Below are positions 15,968 to 24,038 of a DNA stretch of 24,038 nucleotides, in pieces. The position numbers were made by a program, and so were the translations under genes. Numbering within the stretch: the first letter of the stretch is position 1; every line of letters begins with the position of its first letter. Source of the stretch: an uncultured delta proteobacterium (GTDB lineage Bacteria > Myxococcota > Myxococcia > Myxococcales > Myxococcaceae); the NCBI GenBank assembly GCA_963771175.1, contig CAVYSY010000042.1, forward strand, positions 1 through 24,038. The letters run 5' to 3'. The notes below the pieces were generated by a model that searched no databases, was not told the origin of the DNA, and saw only the letters and a list, made by a program, of their open reading frames with translations.

Positions 15968-17791
15968 ATGAACGCCCCCGCCCGAACCCGCTGCTCTCCG
16001 ACCGCGACGTCGACTTCCTGCTCTACGAGGTGCTCGACGCCGCGCGCTGTGCCCGCTGCCCGACCTTCGCCGACGCACTCGCGCGAGACCTTCGACCTCT
16101 TCCTCGACAGCGCGCGCCGCCTCGCGCGCGACGTGCTCTTCCCCACCTACCGGCCCATGGACGCCGAGCCGCCCGTGCTCCGCGACGGCCGCGTCCACGT
16201 CCACCCGGCTGATGCGCAAGCTGTACCCGCAGCTGGTCGAGCTCGGCCTGCTCACCGCCACGCGGCCCGTCGGAGGTGGGCGGCCAGCAGCTGCCCCTCA
16301 CGGTGGACTCGCTGGCCTCGGCCTACCTGATGGCCGGCAACCTGAGCGCCTACGGCTTCGTCGGGCCTCACCACCGGCGCCGCGCACCTCCTCGAGGCGT
16401 TCGGCAGCGCCTTCGCTCAAGAGCGAGTTCATGACGCGGATGTACGCCGGCGAGTGGACCGGCACGATGGCGCTCACCGAGCCGCAGGCGGGCAGCAGCC
16501 TCGCCGACGTGCGACCACGCGCGCACGCCCGCCGGAGCGACGGCACTACCGCATCAGCGGCTCGAAGATCTTCATCTCCGGCGGCGATCACGACTTCACC
16601 GAGAACATCGTGCACCTGACGCTCGCGCGCATCGACGGCGCGCCCGCGGGCAGTCAAGGGCATCTCGCTCTTCGCCGTGCCGACAGCGCGGCCCGAAGGC
16701 GGGCGCGCTCGTGGCCAACGACGTCCACGTCGCCGGGCGTCATCCACAAGATCGGCTGGCGCGGGCTGCCCAGCCTCGCGCTCAACTTCGGCGAGGACGG
16801 CGACTGCCACGGCTGGCTGGTCGGCGAGCCCAACCAGGGGCCTCGCGCTACATGTTCCAGATGATGAACGAGGCGCGCATCATGGTGGGCCTGAACGGCG
16901 TCGCCACGGCCTCGGTCGCCTACCACGAGTCGCTCGCGTACGCGCGGACGCGCCCGCAGGGCCGCCCGCCTGGCGCGAAGCGACCCGACGCGCCGCAGGT
17001 GCCCATCATCGAGCACGCCGACGTGCGGCGCATGCTGCTGCGGCAGAAGGCGATCGTGGAAGGCGGTCTGTCGCTGCTGGCGGCTGCACCGCGCGCTACG
17101 CGGACCTCGCCGCGCACGCGCCGGACGCGGAGGAGCGCCAGCGCGCGCCGCTGCTGCTCGACCTGCTCACGCCCATGGCGAAGACCTTCCCCGCCGAGAG
17201 GGGCTTCGAGGCCAACGCGCTCGCGGTGCAGGTGCACGGCGGCTACGGCTACTCGAGCGAGTACCTGCCCGAGGCGTGGCTGCGCGATCAGAAGCTCAAC
17301 ACGCATCCACGAGGGCACCACCGGCATCCAGGGGCTCGACCTGCTCGGGCGCAAGGTGGTGGCGGGCGGGCGGCGCCGCGCTGCGGGCCTTCTCGGAGGA
17401 GGTGGAGGCGCACGGTGGCGCGCGCGCGCAAGCGCGGGCGTGGAGGCCGCGTGGGGCGCGCCGCTGCACAAGGCGCTGGCCGAGGTGCCGGAACTCACGA
17501 TGGAGCTGGGCGCGCGCGGGCATGGAGGGCGACGTCGAGGGGATGCTGCGCCACAGCGCCGACTACCTGGAGCTGTTCTCGATGCTCGCGGTGGCGTGGC
17601 AGTGGCTGGTGCAGGCGGCCGCGGCGCGCGAGGGGCTCGCGCGCGGCGGCGAGGGCGGCGACTTCTACGAGGGCAAGCTGCGCGCCGCGCAGTACTGGAT
17701 TCACACCGAGCTGCCGCGGGTGCGGACCTCGTGGCGCTGTGCCGCGGCGGGCGAGGACTCGTACGCCCGCATGCGGCCCGAGTGGTTCTGA
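15968..17791 (+). CDS. Acyl-CoA dehydrogenase (long type), multiple apparent frameshifts
   Basis: Fragments across frames: [89 protein letters not shown] and FYEGKL. Confidence 0.88.
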
Positions 17792-17792
17792 C

Positions 17793-18610
17793 ATGTCCGT
17801 CTCCTTCCACCTGTGCCAGCCCGGCCGCGGCGCCTCCTGTGGGGCCTGCTGCGGCCTCTACAACTTCCGCGACCACTCGCGCGCCACGCTCACCGAGCGC
17901 CTCGCCGAGCAGACCGCCACCTTCCGCCCGCTGCCCAAGCAACCCGAGGCGTACCAGCCGCGCGGCCCGGGCCCTGCTGGAGTCCCGCCACGCCACGCCT
18001 CCCCTCTTCCCCGCCGTGCGCGTCTGTCCGCTGCTCGGCTTCCTCGACGCGGAGCACACGCGCGTGGGGTGCCTCGGCCACCCGAAGGTGACGGGCGGAG
18101 AGGACCTGCGCGACTGCGGCGTCTACCGCGCCGACATCTGCGAGACCTTCACCTGCCCCTCCTTCACCTGGCTCTCGGACGCCCAGGCGCGGCTCGTCCA
18201 GGCGGCGTGCGCGGACTGGTACCTGTACGGGCTCGTCATCACCAACGTGGAGTTCGTCCGCGGCTGCCTGCGCCTGCTCGAGTGGGAGCTCCGCGGGGCC
18301 CGTGGACCCGGAGGCCCTCGCCACCCAGCCCCGAGGCGCTCGAGGCCGTGCGCCAGCTCTTCTCCCTGAAGGAGACCGCGCCCGACCGGGGCACCCACGC
18401 CGCCGTCTTCGGCCGCTTCACCCCGGACACCGAGGGCGAGCCCGTCTCGCGCAACCTCGACTTACGCCGCGCTCGGAGCGCGCGCCGCCCCCGAGGACGA
18501 GGTGGTGCTGTGCCTCGGGTATGTCCCCTCCCCGCCTGGAAGAGCTCACGCGGGCCCGGGAGCTCGTCCGGACACACGTGCGGGCCGTGGCTCGCGCCCT
18601 GGGAGCCTGA
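17793..18610 (+). CDS. Cys-rich putative Zn/Fe-S cluster protein (YkgJ/CxxCC-like), frameshifted
   Basis: [24 protein letters not shown]...VCPLLGFL...VGCLGHP...DCGVY...ICETFTCPS, tightly packed between its neighbours. Confidence 0.6.
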
Positions 18611-18614
18611 CACC

Positions 18615-19628
18615 ATGGACAACCTCACCCACGGGTTGCTGGGCCTCGCCCTCGGCGCGCTGCGCCGGCCCGACTCTCCCGCTGGCTCCCCGCTCTCGCC
18701 CACCGACAAGGCCGTCCTCCTCGGCTCCGTCCTCGCCGCCGAACTGTCCGACCTGGACACCCTCCTGCCGGCGGCCAACTCCGTCGACCACGCCCTGCGC
18801 GCCCACCGCGGCCTGTCTCACGCGCTCGCCTTCGCGCCCGTCGTCGCCCTCGTCGCCACCGGGCTCTCCCTGCTCGTCTTCCGCCGCGCCCGCTTCCTTC
18901 CCGTCTACCTCTCCAGCCTGCTCGCGCTCGGCGTGGCCCACCTGCTGCCCGACCTGTGGACCGGCTGGGGCACCCGGCTCCTCCTCCCCTTCTCCGACCA
19001 GCGCCTCACACTCGACTGGACCATGGTGGTGGACCCGCTCGTCACCCTCCCCCTCCTCGCCGGCGCGGCGTGGGCCTGGCGTCGCCGGGTCCACTGGAGG
19101 CGGGCCCTGCTCCTGGGACTCGCATGCTCGGCCGCGTACGTCGGCCTGCGCGGCGTCCTCCAGGCGACGCTGACCTCCCGGGTGCGCGAGGCCTCCACCC
19201 AGGCGGAGCGGGTGCAGGTCTTCCCCGCGTGGCTCTCGCTCACCACCTGGCGCTATGTGGCCGTCCTCCCCTCCGAGTACGTGGCCGGGACGGTATCCCC
19301 GGGCGAGCCCCCGCAGTGAGAGAACGCCCGCATTCCCCTGCCCACCCCGGACGCACTCCCCACCGCCGTGCGCGCCGTGCCCACCGTGCACGAGGCGCTC
19401 GCCTGGGCCCGCTTCCCCGTCATCTCCTCGGCCCCCGGCGCGAACGGACGCACGGCGGTGCGCATCGGAGACCTGCGCTACCACCTGCGCGGCGAGCCGA
19501 CGCTCGCGTTCGTCCTGGAGCTGGGACCGGACCTCGGCGTGACGGAGGCCCGACTGGAGCGCGGCGGCAGCGCGCGAGAGTTGCTCCAGCGCTGGCGCGC
19601 ACCAGGCGCTGTCGGCTCCGGACGCTAG
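18615..19628 (+). CDS. Membrane-bound metal-dependent hydrolase (YdjM/DUF457-like), frameshift near 19315-19330
   Basis: [10 protein letters not shown]...AELSDLD...HRGLSH...[12 protein letters not shown], continuing in ORF 19368-19628 (WARFP...DLRY). Confidence 0.82.
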
Positions 19629-19721
19629 CGAGGCTCCACCACTGAACGGAGCTCCGGGGGGAGGCTTGTCACGCTGGCCCCGGCTCCCCACCTTCCCCCG
19701 GGAGAGTGTGGGGAGGGTGGG

Positions 19722-20385
19722 ATGGCGGAATGGGCAGTGGAGTTGGGACTGCTGGGGTGGTGTGTCCTTTTGTTCGACGGGATGCCGGAAGCCGGGGCCG
19801 GAAGGTGCGGCCTGCGACACCTCCACGCCCACGGAGGCCTGCGCTCCCTCCGAGGCACCACCCATCCAACCCGTCGTCACCGTCCACCTGCCAGAGCTGG
19901 AGCCGAAGGCCCCCGTGCTCGAGGCTACCGAGCCCCCCGTGACTCCCGAACCACCGGCTGGGGCGAGCGGAATGGACGAGGAGCCACCTCCCTCGCGGCT
20001 GCTGGAGACGGACTCCGCCACCTGGGAGCGGCGAGCCCCCCCATCCCTCCACTGCGGACGATGACAAGGCGTCGTTCCGCGAGGCCGCCGCGGCGGCACG
20101 TGAGGGCGACATGAGCGGCACCCCCCTCCAGCCTCTCGAGCAGGTCACCATCGCCACCGGCACCGTGGACGGACCGGGTGAAGCGCGTGCGCCCCGGCAC
20201 CCTCGAGGTGAGCGATGACGAGGGCAACGTCTACGAGCTGCGCATCGACGGTCGCAGCCGGGGCCTTCGCCCGGGGCCGCCACATCCCCCTGAGGACCCT
20301 CTCCGAGGGCATGCCGGTGCGCGCCTCGTTCGACCTGGTGGGAGGCGGCGAGAGCCTCGCGCGCGACATCGAGGTGCAACGGTAG
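19722..20385 (+). CDS. Hypothetical, probably lipoprotein, with Pro/Glu-rich linker and C-terminal beta-rich domain; frameshifted
   Basis: Hydrophobic N-terminus, TGCRKP, low-complexity linker, then RVRPGTLEVSDDEGNVYELRID...GMPVRASFDL..GESLARDIEVQR-stop across frames. Confidence 0.45.
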
Positions 20386-20400
20386 AGGGGCCCCGCAGGC

Positions 20401-20436
20401 CCGACGGGCGGCCCCCCGAGGAGGACCGCCCGCCGG
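20401..20436. terminator. GC-rich hairpin between convergent genes
   Basis: CCGACGGGCGGCCCCCC pairs with GGAGGACCGCCCGCCGG at 14/17. No clear U-tract. Confidence 0.45.
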
Positions 20437-20460
20437 CTGAACCCATGTTGTCCGTCGAAA

Positions 20461-22688
20461 CTACGGCTTGGTGTAGTTGATGGCCAGGTTGTAGGTGGCC
20501 GCGGTGTAGCCGCGCACCATGATGTACGCGCTGCTCTGGCCCGCCGGCACCGTCAGGTCGCACGTCTCGGAAGCGCCCGAGAGGTACGGACGGCAGTTGT
20601 AGGTGGTGGTGGTGGGCGCCGCGCCGAAGCGGACGTACAGGTCCGGGTCGCCCGAGCCCGTCATCACCACCTTGAACTGGGTGCCAGCCACCACGCTGTA
20701 CGCGCCGTAGTTGACGCTGGCGCCCGAGGCCACGCTGCCGCTGGCCGTCTCGGTCGTCGGCGTGCCGCCGCCCGAGCCGCCACCGCCGTAGAGACCCGTC
20801 AGGGAGACGCCGGAGTAGGTGGAGTAGGCGCGCACCATCACGTGCCAGGTGCCCGCGGCGGGGTTGGTGAAGGTGCAGTTCTCGGCGTTGCCGGCGGTGT
20901 AGGGACGGCAGTCGTAGGTGCTGGTCGTGGGCGCGGAGCCGAGGCGCACGTAGAGGTCCGCGTCTCCCGTGCCGCCGCTGGTGCTGAAGGTGAGGCTGGT
21001 GGTGCCGGCGGGGACCTGGAGGGTGAAGTACCGCGCGGCCCCGGTGGCGGCCGAGAGGTTGGAGACCGGGACCCCGCTGGTCAGGGTCGTGGTCGGGGGA
21101 GGAGGCGCGGGCACGCCCACCGACGGCCCAGGCCTTGGTCACCGCGTCCTGCGTCGCCGCGTCGTAGCCGAGCGACGCCGCCGCCTGAACCGTGTACGTC
21201 TTCGCCTGATCGAAGGTCGTGCTGGGCGTCATGAAGTTCGTGTTCGCGTGGTAGAAGATCCGTCCCGCGATCTCGATGCCCACGCCCGGCACGCTCACCG
21301 TCGTCTTGCTTCGCGGGTGCGTCCCGCCGGTGGACAGCAGCTTGAACGCCAGGTTGGCGATGCCCGAGTTCAGGTGCACGCCGCCGTTGTCGCCGGTGCC
21401 CGTGTAGCGCTCGGGGTAGTAGTCGTAGCTGGAGCCGTCCTGGGTCGGATTCGCCATGTAGCGCAGCGCATCTCCGCTGGTGCCGGGCGTCCAGATGTCC
21501 TCGCCGATCTTCCACACGTCGGCGTCCATGGCCCACCCGCGCGTCCAGCTCTCGCAGACGGCGGCGAAGATGTCGCTCATGGCCTCGTTCAGCGCGCCGG
21601 ACTCGTTGGAGTAGATGAGGTCCGACTCGCTGTCGGTCACGGCGTGGGTGAGCTCGTGGACCGTGACGTCCAGGTCCTCGCCCAGCGGACCGGAGTCCAC
21701 GCCGTTGCCGTCGCCGTAGACCATCTGGGTGCCGTTCCAGAAGGCGTTCACGTAGTTGCTGCTGTAGTGGACCGTGCTGCGCAGGAGCGCGCCCGCGCCG
21801 TTGTAGGAGTCGCGGCCGAAGACCGTCTGGTAGCAGTCGTAGGTCGTGCCCAGGTGCCCGTAGTTGCGATCCACGTGGTTGTCGCCGGTCGCCGCCGCTC
21901 CCTCGCTGCGCCGCAGGGTTCCGGGGAGGGTCGATCCGTTGTTGGCCGTGGACGCTGCGGTTCTTCGCCGTGTGGATGCGCGAGGGCGTGCCAGCTACGC
22001 CCGCGGACGGCGCTGACGTAGACGAGGTCGTCGACCGGCAGCCGTTCGGCACCCTCGCCCATCACCCGCACCTCCTAGGCCAGCCGCAGCTGCTGCCGTC
22101 GGCCTTGATGTAGACCAGCCGGGCCCCGCCCTGCGCCTCGGCACCGAGCGCCTCGGAGCCGTCCACGGCAGCGCGCTGCGCCGCCTCGGCCGCCACCCGC
22201 GCCTGGGAGGCCACGCCCTGCACCTCACGCAGCGAGCTGTTGGCCGCGTACACGTTGCCCTCGGCGTCCGCGTGCAGCAGCATCTCGCCGCCAATCACTT
22301 CCCGGCCGTTGAGCACCTGCTGGAAGCGCAGGAACTGGTGACCGCGGGAGTCCGTCGAGGCGCGCTTGAAGGTCAGCTCCTCGCTGCTCACCCGGAACAC
22401 CGGCGGAATGCTCGCCGCCGTCGTGCGCAGCTCATCCTTCGCGCGCTGCATCACGCTCGCGGAGCCCACCGCCGGCAGCCGGCCCAGCTTGCCCGTCACC
22501 ATGTAGGGCACGCCGGCCTCGCTGCCCACCACGCGCGCGTCCTTGAAGTTCGCCAGGGCGGCCTGGATGTCCACGTCCTTGTCACCCGCGCGGACGGCTT
22601 CCTCGTTCACCTCGGTCGTCGAGCCACAGGCAACGAGGCTCGCGCCCAGCCACGCCACACACAGAGTCCTGAACATGCGATTAGCCAA
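20461..22688 (-). CDS. M4 (thermolysin-family) metallopeptidase lipoprotein with propeptide and two PPC domains; frameshifted
   Basis: TTG 22688 after GAGGGG (or ATG 22676). Lipobox LVAC, NAFWNG, HELTH, NEAMSD, GGVHLNSG, and two GD(A/P)DLYVR..DCRPY/NCRPY PPC repeats. Confidence 0.92.
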
Positions 22689-22830
22689 TTCAATACCCCT
22701 CTGAAGAAGAGGCGTATTTCTTGACATACCAACAACCCGTCAATCAAGGGGCTATGATGGATTTCAGGAATTTTTCTGTTTTACGGACTGTAAACGTATC
22801 CTCGCGGCCACTTGCCTCCTCCTTCCGGGA

Positions 22831-24038
22831 GTGGGAACGGGGCGCGATTTCTTCCCGCGGGGCCTAGGGGTGCTGGCCGTGTGGGTGCTTTCGGCACTGG
22901 CCGCCTGTGCCCCGCGCAACATCCGCCCCGAGCCCCCGCTCCCGCCGCGCGTCACCGTGGAGCAGGCGGCGCAGCTGGTGCCTCCGGAGGAGAAGGACCG
23001 GGAGGGCTGGGCGGAGGACGTGATGGCCGCGCTGGAGGCGCACGGGCTGTCCCGCTGGCCGAGGCGGTGTGCTCGGTGCTGGCCGTCATCGAGCAGGAGT
23101 CCGGGTTCAATGCCAACCCGGCGGTACCGGGCCTCGCGCGCGTCGCCCACGGGGGCTCGAGACGCTACGCCGCCCGGCTCGGCCCGCTCGGGCCACCGGC
23201 CGATGAGGGCGCTCCTGCGAGGTCCGGGCCCAGGGCCAAGAACGCGGCAGAGCCTCGAGGCTCGCCTCGAGCAGGTGCAGACGGGCGGGATCTGGACCGG
23301 CTCTTCCGCGAGCGGCTGGCGTACTACGAGGCGGAGTACCCCGAGGCCGTGCCGTGGCGGACCAGCTCGGCGGGCTCGCTCTTCAAGTCCACGCGGCTGG
23401 AGGACCTCAACCCCATCACCACCGCCGGCTCCATGCAGGTCTCCGTGCAGTTCTCGGCGGACCTCGCTGGCGAAGGCCGAGGAGCGCGAGCGTCCCACGC
23501 ACGAGGTCCGCGAGGCGCTCTACACGCGGAGCGGCGGGGTGTACTACGGCACGGCGCGGCTGCTCGGATACGAGGCCCGGTACCCCGAGCCCCTCTTGCG
23601 ATTCGCGGACTACAACGCGGGCCTCTATGCCTAGCGCAACGCGGCGGTGCAGCAGCAGGTCGGCCGAGCTCACGGGCCTGACGCTGGCCCGGACGGGGAC
23701 CTGCTCGCCTACGACAAGCAGGGGCGCCCGGTCGACACGGACAGCCGCTCGCTCCAGGCCTTCTCGCCTTCCGGAGCACCGGTGCGCCCGACCTGAGCGA
23801 GCGCGAGGTGCGGCGGACTTGCTCCAGGAGAAGAGATCGAGCTCGAGGCGACGGACACGTAGGAGGCCCTGCGGCGCACGTACGAGGAGGTGACGGACAG
23901 GTCCCTCGTACGCCCGTCTCCCCGACCGTGGGCCTCCGCAGCCCGAAGATGGCCGGGGCGCGCTCCACCGCGTGGTTCGCGCGCTCGGTGGACAGGCGCT
24001 ACCAGCGGTGCATGGCCCGCTACTCCGCGCTTCCGAAG
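22831..24038 (+). CDS. DUF1615 (YaiW-like) lipoprotein, frameshifted, runs off the window end
   Basis: Lipobox LAAC, AVIEQESGF.ANP.VPGL, NPITTAGSMQVS, RFADYNAG.YA.RNAA.Q and STAWFARSVDRRYQRC. Confidence 0.75.

Noticed and set aside
16677..19319. 880-aa ORF suggesting an acyl-CoA dehydrogenase/Cys-protein/hydrolase fusion
   Set aside because: It threads through fragments of three separate frameshifted genes that have their own starts and stops (17791/17793, 18610/18615).
4382..19628. Two MDNL-starting hydrolases as a recent duplication
   Set aside because: They share only family motifs and are otherwise divergent paralogs.
22721..22758. TTGACA...TATGAT as a sigma70 promoter
   Set aside because: The spacing is 26 bp, far from 16-18.

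Overview
GC-rich, myxobacterial-looking window (inferred from gene content). From ~0.9 to 15.9 kb it is a mosaic accessory region. It holds a complete IS630 element and three toxin/partner pairs with PD-(D/E)XK-like motifs: two paralogous lipoprotein-toxin (DUF6310-like) plus immunity (DUF5953-like) cassettes and one secreted nuclease-like gene with a partner. It also holds a membrane-bound NACHT/STAND NTPase, a glutathione-independent formaldehyde dehydrogenase, an orphan GAF histidine kinase and an internally deleted HUH/Y1 (RAYT-like) transposase. The main unexplained structure is a dispersed repeat (core CG[A/T]GT[C/T]CTTTGACAC followed by a tandem second GACAC unit). It forms inverted ends around the HUH remnant and recurs next to the 5' side of each toxin cassette. 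The second toxin cassette lacks its signal peptide, is cut at the lipobox, and sits inside what looks like a split palindrome in another lipoprotein signal sequence. From 16 to 24 kb the genes are ordinary (acyl-CoA dehydrogenase, Cys-cluster protein, hydrolase, M4 peptidase, DUF1615-like lipoprotein) but carry many frameshifts, probably from sequencing error. Family names come from motif recognition only; no database search was run.
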